Source: Candidatus Micrarchaeota archaeon UBA95
Lineage (GTDB): Archaea; Micrarchaeota; Micrarchaeia; Norongarragalinales; Norongarragalinaceae
NCBI GenBank assembly: GCA_002499405.1
Contig: DALH01000018.1
Coordinates: 1 to 39,013 of the forward strand
Length of the DNA stretch: 39,013 nucleotides
Reading direction: 5' to 3'
Within the stretch, counting starts at the first letter, position 1. Each line of letters begins with the position of its first letter. The translations under genes were made by a program, and so were the position numbers. Shown piece after piece: positions 12,285 to 20,903 of this stretch. The notes under the pieces are model-generated. The model saw only the letters and a program-made list of their open reading frames with translations. It was not told the origin of the DNA and did not search any database.

Positions 12285-12648
12285 TTTCGTAGTCGCGTAT
12301 TGCGGCGTGCAGTGCCTGGTCCGCGAGGTTGGAGCAATGCATTTTTATCGGGGGCAGCCCGTTCAACGCCTCAGCTACGTCTTTCTTGGACAATCCGGCG
12401 GCTTCCTCCAGCGTCTTGCCCAAAGCGAGCCCGCAAATCATGTCCGTGGTGGCGATGGCCGAAGCGCAGCCGAACGTCTTGAACCGCAGGTCCTTGATCC
12501 GGTTGTTTTCAACCTTCAAGTAAATCGTGAGAAGGTCCCCGCACACCGGGTTTCCCGCGGTGCCCACGCCGTCCGCGTCCTCCAACTCGCCCGCATACCT
12601 CGGGTTCTCAAAGTGTTCAATCATTTTTTTCGAATACTTCAAACTCAT
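12148..12648 (-). CDS. iscU: Fe-S scaffold protein IscU/NifU-N
   Basis: HFENPR, NPVCGD, FGCASAIA, LPPIKMHCS. C-terminal tail overlaps the KaiC-like gene. Confidence 0.92.
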   Translation of the reverse strand: MSLKYSKKMIEHFENPRYAGELEDADGVGTAGNPVCGDLLTIYLKVENNRIKDLRFKTFGCASAIATTDMICGLALGKTLEEAAGLSKKDVAEALNGLPPIKMHCSNLADQALHAAIRDYETRTGSRRVELRTRKRLSRKGAFECCARNPATSKSAGRACLRTPKK

Positions 12649-13829
12649 TTGCTTACACCCGTCAAAGTCCGGTACGCAGACGCGTTTTCCGCGTTCAACG
12701 AACTTATTTTCCTCAAGGCGGCTATTGTTTTCGGCAGGACCGAAACAACGTAATCCACTTCCTTCTCAGTAGTGAACTTGCTCAACGTCAGCCTCAACGA
12801 GCCGTGCGCCTTCACGTGCGACAAACCCATTGCGAGCAATACGTGGGACGGTTCCAGGGACTGGCTTGAACAAGCGCTCCCGGTGGAGGCAGCCACGCCG
12901 CGCGCGTCAAGGCGCAACACTAGTGCCTCTCCTTCCACGAAGTCGAACCCCAAGTGCGCGTTGTTCGGCAACCGCTTCTTTGCGTGGCCGTTCAACCACG
13001 AGTCCGGTATTTCAAGCGCGCGGCGAATGAGTTTGTCCCTCAAGCGAGTCATCTTCCTCGCATTTCCCTTCAAATACTTTTGCGAAAGAAAAACCGCCTC
13101 GCCGAAACCCACTATGCCTGGAACGTTTTCCGTGCCTGCGCGCTTCCCGAACTCGTGCAAACCTCCCGTGATTAAGGGGGACAAGGGAACGCCTTCGCGC
13201 ACGAAGAGCGCGCCCACGCCCTTGGGCCCGTGAATCTTGTGAGAGGAAACTGTTATCAGGTCGGCGTGCTTCGCGGACACGGGAATCTTTCCAAAGGACT
13301 GGACCGCGTCCGTGTGGAAGAGCGCTCCGGCGTCCCGGCAGATTCCCGCGATTTCTTGCAACGGTTGAACGGTGCCAACTTCGTTGTTCGCATGCATCAC
13401 CGAGACGAGCGCCGTCCGCTTGGACACCGCTTTTTCCAGCTCCCCAAAATCAATCATTCCGTCGCCGTCAACGCCCACGCGCTTCACCTTGACGCCGGCG
13501 CGCTCCAGCGCCTCCGCAGTGCGCAGGACCGCGGGGTGCTCTATTTCGCTGACCACCAGCTCGCTCCGCTTTGTTGACGCGGCGAGAACCCCCCGCAATG
13601 CCAGGTTGTCTGCTTCGCTGCCGCTCCCCGTGAAAACGATTTCGCGCGGGCCTGCCGACAACGCCTTCGCAATTGTTTCGCGCGCCTCATCCACCGCTTC
13701 TTCCGCCTCCCTCCCGAAAGCGTGCAGAGAGGAGGGGTTGCCGTACTTCCCCAAATAATATGGAAGCATTTTTTTGACCGCGCGGGGGTCGGTCATTGTA
13801 GTGGCGGCGTTGTCCAGGTAAACCCTCAT
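12645..13829 (-). CDS. iscS: Cysteine desulfurase (IscS/NifS, group I)
   Basis: YLDNAATT, EHPAV, HTDAVQ, SSHKIHGPKG (PLP Lys), STGSACSS. Start moved to the ATG at 13829. Confidence 0.96.
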   Translation of the reverse strand: MRVYLDNAATTMTDPRAVKKMLPYYLGKYGNPSSLHAFGREAEEAVDEARETIAKALSAGPREIVFTGSGSEADNLALRGVLAASTKRSELVVSEIEHPAVLRTAEALERAGVKVKRVGVDGDGMIDFGELEKAVSKRTALVSVMHANNEVGTVQPLQEIAGICRDAGALFHTDAVQSFGKIPVSAKHADLITVSSHKIHGPKGVGALFVREGVPLSPLITGGLHEFGKRAGTENVPGIVGFGEAVFLSQKYLKGNARKMTRLRDKLIRRALEIPDSWLNGHAKKRLPNNAHLGFDFVEGEALVLRLDARGVAASTGSACSSQSLEPSHVLLAMGLSHVKAHGSLRLTLSKFTTEKEVDYVVSVLPKTIAALRKISSLNAENASAYRTLTGVSK

Positions 13830-14158
13830 TTTCCGCACCCGCAAAGGGAACACTTGTAATCCGTTATCACGCCGGCAAACGTTTTCAGGAACTCCAAACA
13901 GTTTCGCTTCAACTCGCGTTTCCCCAGCGCCGTGACAACGTAAAATTTTTTGCCGCGCGTTCCCTTTCCGGAAACGCGGATGAGTTCCCTGCGCATCAGG
14001 CCCGCAAGCACGGGATAAAGCACGCCTTGCGTGATGCTCGTCTTCTTCAATGCGTTGAGTTCCTTCATCAACTCGTAGCCGCACGACTTTTTCTTGGATA
14101 AGAGCCAGAGGACCTGAAGCTGGAGCAAACCCAAATCAACGTTTCGCCCGACCGACAT
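13826..14158 (-). CDS. PadR-family transcriptional regulator with C-terminal Cys cluster
   Basis: GYELMKEL...GVLYPVL...KKFYVVTALG; tail KCSLCGCGK. Confidence 0.85.
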   Translation of the reverse strand: MSVGRNVDLGLLQLQVLWLLSKKKSCGYELMKELNALKKTSITQGVLYPVLAGLMRRELIRVSGKGTRGKKFYVVTALGKRELKRNCLEFLKTFAGVITDYKCSLCGCGK

Positions 14159-14188
14159 GTAGGTATTGCGACACGTCACCTATTTAAC
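14153..14188 (-). promoter_or_regulatory. Putative promoter/operator of padR-iscS-iscU
   Basis: TATA-like GTTAAATA (minus strand, 14181-14188). Direct repeat CGACAYGT at 14153-14160 and 14169-14176. Inverted repeat TAGGT-N13-ACCTA at 14160-14182. Confidence 0.4.
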
Positions 14189-14201
14189 GTTTCGGGTTTA
14201 A

Positions 14202-14272
14202 AGCAGGGCGGGGGAGTCGAACCCCCTTATCTCGCTCTGCAGGCGAGCACGTGGCCGTTCCGTCAGCCCTGC
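14202..14272 (-). tRNA. tRNA-Cys(GCA)
   Basis: Acceptor GCAGGGC/GCCCTGC, anticodon arm CTCGC-CTGCAGA-GCGAG, T arm GGGGG-TTCGACT-CCCCC, U73. CCA not encoded. Confidence 0.95.
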
Positions 14273-14276
14273 GGCG

Positions 14277-15065
14277 CTAAACGTTTTGGTCTGGTTTATT
14301 GAAAAAGTTTCGCACCCGGACGCGCAACGAATTGAATTCCAGGAGGCCCCGATAAACCGCGTCCTTCTTGAAGGCGAGCAGGTATGCGGCTGCGAACAAC
14401 GCACCATAGGCGTGGACGAATAAATCCGTGTGCGTTGCGTGCTCGCGTTCCTGTCCCTCCGCCACCACGCGCACCTTTTCCTCTGTTTTCTCCAGGCCTT
14501 GGCGGGCCGCTTCGGCTTCCTCGGTCAGACCCGCGTTCTCAAACGCGGTTATTTGCTCCTTCAACGCGCTGGTCTCGCTTGCAAAGCTTTCCGCCTGCTG
14601 CTGATTCATAGCGGTCACCAACGGGAAAATCGCGGCGTAGGTTATGAGCGGCGCGGCAATCAAAAGGGGAATCGCCCGGGAAGGGTTGAGCATCATCGCC
14701 GCCGCCATCACGCCACTCAGCCCCGCGCTGGCTCCAATGAGAAAGGAGGATGGATTTATCAATGAAAACATTGCGCTGGCGAAAAAGCCCGAGAACAAAA
14801 AGAGCGAGATGGTGTCAAGCCACGACAGGGACTGCTCCAACAGGAAGATAAAGAGCAACAAAGGCAGCAGGTTGCCCAACAAATGGTATGCCCCAACGTG
14901 ATAAAACATGTGGGAGAACAGCGCTCCGGCTTGGTTGAAAGAGAATGCATTTTCGGAGATGACTTCGTTGGGGAGGTAAAGCGTCCCTTGGGACTGAAAG
15001 AAGTAGGGGGCGAGTATTGCCGCCGCCAAGACGAGGGTTGCAATCGGGAAACGCATGAAGAACAA
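14277..15065 (-). CDS. Rhomboid-family intramembrane serine protease with helical insertion
   Basis: HMFYH...HLLGN, IGASAG (Ser), HAYGALF (His). Start uncertain. Confidence 0.85.
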   Translation of the reverse strand: MFFMRFPIATLVLAAAILAPYFFQSQGTLYLPNEVISENAFSFNQAGALFSHMFYHVGAYHLLGNLLPLLLFIFLLEQSLSWLDTISLFLFSGFFASAMFSLINPSSFLIGASAGLSGVMAAAMMLNPSRAIPLLIAAPLITYAAIFPLVTAMNQQQAESFASETSALKEQITAFENAGLTEEAEAARQGLEKTEEKVRVVAEGQEREHATHTDLFVHAYGALFAAAYLLAFKKDAVYRGLLEFNSLRVRVRNFFNKPDQNV

Positions 15066-15247
15066 ACGGCGTAAAACAATTTATACGGTTAAGTATTGGG
15101 AGCAGAGATGAAAGAGAATTAGGCCGGCTCTTTGGGAGCCAGCAAGGCGACCATTTCAACCCACCTATACAGAATACGCATTAAGGAATCCCTGCAAGTA
15201 AATAAAAGGATTACGAACTACCAGAACCGAGTAATTCCGCTTTTAAG

Positions 15248-15434
15248 CGGGCCCAGAGGGACGGTCGCAACCTTTCTTTTTTCATCAATGCCTAGCAAAC
15301 GCTTCCGCGTTTGCAGGCACGCGAACCACAACGGTTCGCCGTGTTTTTTCTTTCACGAAAGAAAAAAGATTGTTTCGAACCCTCGACACCTCGGTTAAGA
15401 GCCGAGTGCTCTGACCAGGCTGAGCTATGGGCCC
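15248..15434 (-). tRNA. tRNA-Lys(CTT) with intron at 59/60; exons 15434-15374 and 15261-15248
   Basis: Exon 1 GGGCCCATAGCTCAGCCTGGTCAGAGCACTCGGCTCTTAACCGAGGTGTCGAGGGTTCGAA plus exon 2 TCCCTCTGGGCCCG gives a complete cloverleaf. Confidence 0.92.
15262..15373 (-). other. 112-nt tRNA intron with relaxed bulge-helix-bulge junction
   Basis: GAGGG-TTCG-AA^A-CAATC pairs with GGTTG-CGAC-CG^T-CCCTC. Three internal hairpins. Confidence 0.88.
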
Positions 15435-15471
15435 GCGGAAGGTTTTTGGACTTGCGTGATTTAAGATTGTT

Positions 15472-15987
15472 ATGGTTGTAGCCGTTGCGCGGTTGGGCCA
15501 CCGCTCCAAGCGCGACAAGAGGTTGAGTACGCATTGCGCATTGATTGCGCGCGCCTTTGGAGCCGAGCGAATGGTTTACTTCGGTGAAAAGGACGCCGTA
15601 TTGGAGGCCAGCGTTCGGGGCGTTGTTTCGCGTTGGGGCGGCTCGTTTGAAATCGAGCACGGCAACTCGTGGAAACGCCTCTTCAACGAAGAAAAAAAAC
15701 GGGGAACAAAAATAGTTCACCTGACCATGTACGGCTTGCCCTACAAGCGCGTGTTGCAATCGGTCAAGGGGAAGCGCCTGCTCGTGGTCATCGGTTCCAA
15801 AAAGGTTCCACGCGGGATTTACGGGGAAGCGAACTACAACTGTTCAATCACCAACCAACCGCACTCCGAAGCCGGGGCGCTCGCCGTGTTTCTGGAAGGC
15901 CTGGGTTTGCAGTCGCGCTTCAGGGGGGCGAAATTGAGGTTGAAACCCTCTGCAAGAGGCAAACGTTTCACGACTAAATATAAATAG
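15472..15987 (+). CDS. trm56: tRNA (cytidine56-2'-O)-methyltransferase
   Basis: RLGHRSKRDKRLSTH, VHLTMYG, NQPHSE. Confidence 0.95.
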   Translation: MVVAVARLGHRSKRDKRLSTHCALIARAFGAERMVYFGEKDAVLEASVRGVVSRWGGSFEIEHGNSWKRLFNEEKKRGTKIVHLTMYGLPYKRVLQSVKGKRLLVVIGSKKVPRGIYGEANYNCSITNQPHSEAGALAVFLEGLGLQSRFRGAKLRLKPSARGKRFTTKYK

Positions 15988-16003
15988 TTATCTGACCAGA
16001 ATA

Positions 16004-16540
16004 ATGTTCATGCCGGAAGGTAAGTCGTTGAGGGGGCTCTATTCTTTTGTCAGCGAGCGCACTGGCGGCGATGGTTTGAAGGTCTTGAAGGCCCTCGGCG
16101 ACGGCGCGACCGATGACGTCATAGAGCAAAAAACCAGTTTCAAGGTTTCCAACATCCGGCACTTGTTGAACGTGTTGCACGAAAACGGCATCGTGAACTA
16201 CACGCGCGAGAAAAACATGCAGACGGGCTGGTTCACGTACACGTGGTATTTCGACGTGGATCGGACAACTCAAAACCTGTTGCGCGCGAAGCGAAGGCAA
16301 CTCGCGGGCCTGAAGGTCCGCCTCACCAAAGAGGAGACAAAGGATTTTTATCAGTGCAACAAGAAATGCCGGCCGCACGGTTTCGAGGAGGCGTTCGACA
16401 ACAGCTTCAAATGTTTGGAGTGCGGCTGCAGGTTGAAGCCGGAAAAGGACTCACACAAGGAAAAACGCTTAAACGAATTAAACGAGCAAATCAACTCTTT
16501 GCAACAACTGCTCGGCAACTTTGAGTCGAACGAGTTATAA
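16004..16540 (+). CDS. tfe: Transcription factor E alpha
   Basis: Winged helix (TDDVI...IRHLLNVL...TGWFTYTW) plus Zn ribbon (FYQC...FEEAFDNSFKCLECG). Lies next to trm56. Confidence 0.92.
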   Translation: MFMPEGKSLRGLYSFVSERTGGDGLKVLKALGDGATDDVIEQKTSFKVSNIRHLLNVLHENGIVNYTREKNMQTGWFTYTWYFDVDRTTQNLLRAKRRQLAGLKVRLTKEETKDFYQCNKKCRPHGFEEAFDNSFKCLECGCRLKPEKDSHKEKRLNELNEQINSLQQLLGNFESNEL

Positions 16541-16569
16541 ACGCGAAAACGCAAATTCTTCCTGTTTTT

Positions 16570-16644
16570 AGCGGGGTAGGGTAGCCAGGAGTGCCCGCTG
16601 GGCTCATAACCCGGAGATCGGAGGTTCAAATCCTCTCCCCGCTA
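16570..16644 (+). tRNA. Initiator tRNA-Met(CAT)
   Basis: AGCGGGG/CCCCGCT acceptor with A1-U72; GGG/CCC pairs in the anticodon stem around CTCATAA; GGTTCAAATCC. Confidence 0.96.
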
Positions 16645-16974
16645 TTTGTAGGGGCTGTGGCTCCTCTTGTAAGAATAGTGCCCGTATTTGGGCTTCTCCG
16701 GTTCGGCTGGTTCTTCTTCCTCCTCTACGGACGTCGAAGACGAGACCAGAATGATTTTTTCGGCGGCTTTAACGCTCTTGTAGAGAATCGTTTTCTCGCG
16801 GAAGATTTTTCGCGCCTCATCCTTGCTCGTAGCCCTGATGGGTTCCAATGTCAAGCGAACGACCTCGCCTTTCTGCAGATCTATGATGACATCGTAGACC
16901 TTGCCCAACTGGTCCGCGGAATCCGTGTAAATGTCCATGCCTATGAGCTGTGAAACCTTCAACAATTCAATCAA
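16642..16974 (-). CDS. PRC-barrel domain protein
   Basis: SQLIGMDIYTDSADQLGKVYDVIID...GEV...ILYKSVKAAEKIILV. Its stop codon overlaps the tRNA-iMet 3' end. Confidence 0.85.
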   Translation of the reverse strand: MIELLKVSQLIGMDIYTDSADQLGKVYDVIIDLQKGEVVRLTLEPIRATSKDEARKIFREKTILYKSVKAAEKIILVSSSTSVEEEEEPAEPEKPKYGHYSYKRSHSPYK

Positions 16975-17009
16975 CCTCTACTAAACCATTGAAACCGTAA
17001 TTAAATACT

Positions 17010-17411
17010 TTATGCAACGCGTATTAACAACCGTTTTCTCGACTCGTTGAGCACGTGACCATAATCCCTGTAATGCGACACCGCGGTCAGGAACAGGGGG
17101 TAGCCGCCCGGCGTCGTGCGCGGCGAAGACCAAACCTTCAAGTGAATTGAGCGCTTTTCGCCGGGTTCAAGGACTCCTAGACGGGTTTCCTTCTGGTTGG
17201 ATAAAAGGTTGGATTCAAAACCCAGCTTTTTTGAAGTGAACGCAACCAGGGACGTGAGCATGGGCTGATCGCTGTTGTTCGTCAAATAAACCGACAACAA
17301 AAGGTAGTCGTTCTTGTACGGCCTCAAACTCAATGGGTGCACCGAATAGTCAATTGAGTAATTGGATTGCGCTAGAACCGGTTTCTTGCCAAACAAATCA
17401 AACAACGCCAT
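17010..17411 (-). CDS. Hypothetical protein (Ig-like beta sandwich possible)
   Basis: Clean 133-aa ORF filling the gap; LTNNS...LEPGEKR...PGGY pattern. Confidence 0.65.
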   Translation of the reverse strand: MALFDLFGKKPVLAQSNYSIDYSVHPLSLRPYKNDYLLLSVYLTNNSDQPMLTSLVAFTSKKLGFESNLLSNQKETRLGVLEPGEKRSIHLKVWSSPRTTPGGYPLFLTAVSHYRDYGHVLNESRKRLLIRVA

Positions 17412-17514
17412 TTTACGCTAGAAAGAGTCCCACGCAAAATAAAAGCGTTCCCAAATCACTGACCCCCCTCACTTCTACTATTCACTATTCGGCACGATCG
17501 GGTTTTGGACGGGT

Positions 17515-18033
17515 TTAGGGCCGGGTTTGATTTTGAAAAGAACCAGAGTAGGCGGCGCCCCCGGTTGCCCCCATGAAAACGAGTTGACAAATCCTGGTTC
17601 CAGGAACCAACTCCAATTCGTTCGGCGAAGCATTGAATATTTCCAATACCTGGTGGTTGTTTGAACCCGGTTGAACCAGTCCAGAACTCACGTGAACAAA
17701 CAATCCGCTTCTTGCGAAGCGACTCCTTCCCTCTATAAAAGCGCACAAGGAATCAGTCAACTTCAATTGTTCTAAGGTTACTCCCAACACTAGTTGCCCG
17801 GGTTTTAATGGAAGAGCTTCCCCGCACTCTAACTTCCTAGTATGGTAGTATTCTTTTGAATAAGAGAATTCGTCATCCAAACGCGTTTTTCTATTTGTTT
17901 TTCTGTAAACCCTGAACTCGTTTCCCAAGCGGAAGTCAATTGAACAAGGACCAACCAACGACTCATCAAAAGGAGTTATTATTATCTCCTTGTTCTGAAT
18001 TGCTTCAAGCAAAGCCGCCCTAGACAAAATCAT
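17515..18033 (-). CDS. dcd: dCTP deaminase
   Basis: MILS, PCSIDFRLG, EGRSRFARSGL, LEIFN, PGTRICQL. Confidence 0.92.
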   Translation of the reverse strand: MILSRAALLEAIQNKEIIITPFDESLVGPCSIDFRLGNEFRVYRKTNRKTRLDDEFSYSKEYYHTRKLECGEALPLKPGQLVLGVTLEQLKLTDSLCAFIEGRSRFARSGLFVHVSSGLVQPGSNNHQVLEIFNASPNELELVPGTRICQLVFMGATGGAAYSGSFQNQTRP

Positions 18034-18138
18034 GAATTCATTACGCAAACGTTTATTTTATTTGTCGCGTATTCAAATGAATGCGCAAACTGGAGCAGCG
18101 CACGCGAGAATAGTGGAAGTGAAGGGGGAGTCCATTGA

Positions 18139-19353
18139 ATGATTGGACGTGTTTTTGCAAGGGAGTTGCTTGACTCGCGTGGAAACCCGACCGTGGAATG
18201 TGAGCTGCAAACCAACAAAGGGGTTTTCCGTGCGATGGTACCCAGCGGCGCTTCCACCGGAACGCACGAAGCACTTGAACTCCGCGACGGCGGAAACCGC
18301 TATCACGGCCAGGGAGTGCAAAAAGCGGTGAAAAACGTCAACGACGTCCTCGCGCCCCTCGTCCTGGGAAAAGAGCCTCGTCAAGCCCTCGACCAAAAAC
18401 TATTGCAAGCCGACGGCACGCCCAATAAGCGCAGACTAGGCGCAAATGCAATCCTCTCAATCAGCATGGCAATCTCGCGCGCTGCCGCGGCAGACCAGGA
18501 AAAAACCCTGTACGAATACGTTTCCCGATTGTCTGGGCGAAAGCCCTCGATGCCGGCAATAGCTGCGAACGTCGTCAACGGCGGCATGCACGCCGGCAAC
18601 GCCCTAAAGATACAGGAATACCTGATTATTCCCAAGGGCGCGTCTTCGTTTACGGACGGGGCGCGCATGGTTTCAGAGACGTACCACGAGCTCAAAAAAA
18701 TTTTGAAGGAAAAATACGGCCCCGAAGCAATCAATGTTGGAGACGAAGGAGGTTTTGCGCCACCCCTGTCCGACAACTGCGAACCCTTTGAACTCATCAG
18801 CCAGGCGATTGAGGAGTGCGGCTACGCCAAAAAAATATTTTTCGGGCTGGACGCGGCAGCAACAAACTTTTATGAAAAAAACAAGTACGTTCTTGACAAG
18901 GAGTATTCGGGGCGGGAACTCGTAGACTACTACCTGGGCCTAGCCAAAACATACCCTATCCTGTGGGTAGAGGACCCGTTTGCAGAAGACGATTTTGAAT
19001 CATTCGCCGCCCTCACCTCAAAAGCCAAGTTCGCGGTGGTGGGAGACGACCTGGTCGTAACCAACCCCAAACGCATCAAGACCGCCATTCAAAAAAAGGC
19101 GTGCAACTGCCTCCTCGTGAAGTTGAATCAAATCGGCACGGTAAGCGAGGCGATTAATGCCGTGAAAACCGCGCGTTCGGCCGGCTGGACCACAATGGTC
19201 TCGCATCGTTCGGGGGAGACGGAGGACGCGTTTCTGGCGGACTTCGCGGTAGGCGTGGGCAGCGAATACGTGAAAATAGGTGCGCCCGCGCGCAGCGACC
19301 GCACCGCAAAATACAACCAGTTGATGCGCTTGGAGGAGCAACTCACCGCCTAG
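18139..19353 (+). CDS. eno: Enolase
   Basis: DSRGNPTVE, VPSGASTG, GDEGGFAP, LLVKLNQIG, SHRSGET. Confidence 0.98.
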   Translation: MIGRVFARELLDSRGNPTVECELQTNKGVFRAMVPSGASTGTHEALELRDGGNRYHGQGVQKAVKNVNDVLAPLVLGKEPRQALDQKLLQADGTPNKRRLGANAILSISMAISRAAAADQEKTLYEYVSRLSGRKPSMPAIAANVVNGGMHAGNALKIQEYLIIPKGASSFTDGARMVSETYHELKKILKEKYGPEAINVGDEGGFAPPLSDNCEPFELISQAIEECGYAKKIFFGLDAAATNFYEKNKYVLDKEYSGRELVDYYLGLAKTYPILWVEDPFAEDDFESFAALTSKAKFAVVGDDLVVTNPKRIKTAIQKKACNCLLVKLNQIGTVSEAINAVKTARSAGWTTMVSHRSGETEDAFLADFAVGVGSEYVKIGAPARSDRTAKYNQLMRLEEQLTA

Positions 19354-20560
19354 ACAACGCGCGCGGCAGCAAGTCGAATTGCCGGATTGTCGGACCCTTT
19401 TTGCACAACTCCTCGCCAAACGTTTTTCCGCCGGGTTTCCCGGGCCTTCCGTCAAACAACAGGTATGGAATCGGGTCGACCGTGTGCGCCTTCTTCCTGC
19501 ACGACGTGCAATGGTCCGCCCCCACGACTATCATGGTTTTTTCGTCCAAGCCGATGCCCTCCAAAAACGCGTCCACGCGCTCGATTTCGCGGACCTTGGC
19601 GTGCACGTCGCCGTCGTGCCCCGGCAAATCGGTTGTCTTGAAGTGAACGAAAACGAAGTTTTTTCTCTTTAACGCGCGCTTCACGGGCCGGGCCTTCAAC
19701 ATCACCTCTTTGAAGGAGTCCCCAACGTCTTCGGGAACGAATTCAATAGGGATTCCCAGCAGCCGGCACACCCCCGTGTTCACGGCGATGCCCGTAACCG
19801 CCACGGGCTTGACCCCAAACCGTCTGGAGAAGGGTTTAAGTTTTGGAATTTTGTTGCCGAAGCCGCGCGGAAGCAAAACGTTCGCCGCCGGCTTGCCTTT
19901 TTTCTTGCGCTCCTTGTTAACGGGATGGCCGGACAAAACCCCGAAACTTTTTTGCACGAATTCGTTGACGAGGCGCGCCGTCCTCCTTGCAGAGGGCTTC
20001 TTCGGCTTGGCCTCCCCAACCATTACTCCGGTTTGCTGCGGGTCTGGGCTGGTTATTTCGGGCGAGTAACGCCCCTTCTTGAATACGAGGATGCCGCGGT
20101 GCGTGGTCGTGGCCTTGAACTCGAAGGGGACCCCGAATTTCATGGAATTGATTGCCCGTTCCAGGGCAGTGGTGTCCTGAATTCTTCCCGCGCGCCTGTC
20201 AACGACGACGCCTTCTCCGTTTATCGTCGCGAAATTGCAGCGCATGGCCAGGTCGCCGTTCTTGACACATATTTTTTCGCCTATTGCTTCAATAATGCCT
20301 CGGCCATGCGGGAAACTGCGCACATCGTAACCGAGAAACGAGAATGTCATTGCGGAAGCGTCGCTTATGGGGACAATTGAACCCAAGCCCACGGGATTCA
20401 AGAAACCGCACTCGCTTTTGTCCAGCAACGAGTCCAAGAACGGAGTGTTCGCGTATTCCAGGGGAGTCTTCCCGCCCAATTCGCGGTATTCGTCTTTTTC
20501 GCCGTATCCGTCAAGCAAGCAGTAAAGGATTTTCCTCAAAAACAACCCACCGGCAGTCAT
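19343..20560 (-). CDS. apgM: Cofactor-independent phosphoglycerate mutase (archaeal type)
   Basis: TPLEYANTPFLD, GRGIIEA, RCNFAT, DRRAGRI, DLPGHDG, ADHCT, HTVDP. Confidence 0.9.
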   Translation of the reverse strand: MTAGGLFLRKILYCLLDGYGEKDEYRELGGKTPLEYANTPFLDSLLDKSECGFLNPVGLGSIVPISDASAMTFSFLGYDVRSFPHGRGIIEAIGEKICVKNGDLAMRCNFATINGEGVVVDRRAGRIQDTTALERAINSMKFGVPFEFKATTTHRGILVFKKGRYSPEITSPDPQQTGVMVGEAKPKKPSARRTARLVNEFVQKSFGVLSGHPVNKERKKKGKPAANVLLPRGFGNKIPKLKPFSRRFGVKPVAVTGIAVNTGVCRLLGIPIEFVPEDVGDSFKEVMLKARPVKRALKRKNFVFVHFKTTDLPGHDGDVHAKVREIERVDAFLEGIGLDEKTMIVVGADHCTSCRKKAHTVDPIPYLLFDGRPGKPGGKTFGEELCKKGPTIRQFDLLPRALSRR

Positions 20561-20603
20561 TACGTTGCTCGGTTATTTATATGATGCACGCCAAAATCAG
20601 TTC

Positions 20604-20903
20604 ATGAAGTGCACATGTCAGTCTTGTTTCTACGAGTTCAACAGCGACGACCCGCTAGAACCGTGCCCCAACTGTCATTCCCACGACGTGAAACGCACGA
20701 AGGGCAAGGTAATCGAGAAAAGCATTAAAAAAGAGGTCTCAAAAAGCACCAAGTCCTCGTGGAAGGAATTCCACTCAAGCGGGTCATCCAACGAGTGCCC
20801 CAACTGCGGTGGTTCCGAGTTCACGCGCGACTTCAAGCACAAGGAAAAGGTTTGCAAAAAATGCGGCCACATACTGGCCTTGCCGAGGAACACTAAATGT
20901 TGA
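20604..20903 (+). CDS. Small double zinc-ribbon protein
   Basis: CQSC...CPNC, then a TFIIB-like CPNC...CKKC. Confidence 0.75.
   Translation: MKCTCQSCFYEFNSDDPLEPCPNCHSHDVKRTKGKVIEKSIKKEVSKSTKSSWKEFHSSGSSNECPNCGGSEFTRDFKHKEKVCKKCGHILALPRNTKC

Noticed and set aside
15066..15247. Spacer downstream of tRNA-Lys with a GGCTC/GAGCC hairpin and the 15132-15398 ORF
   Set aside because: The ORF runs antisense across the tRNA and the hairpin is short, so no function can be supported.
15262..15373. Integrated-element att duplication splitting tRNA-Lys
   Set aside because: There is no duplicated tRNA segment and no integrase. The junctions form a bulge-helix-bulge that restores an exact 7-nt T-loop.
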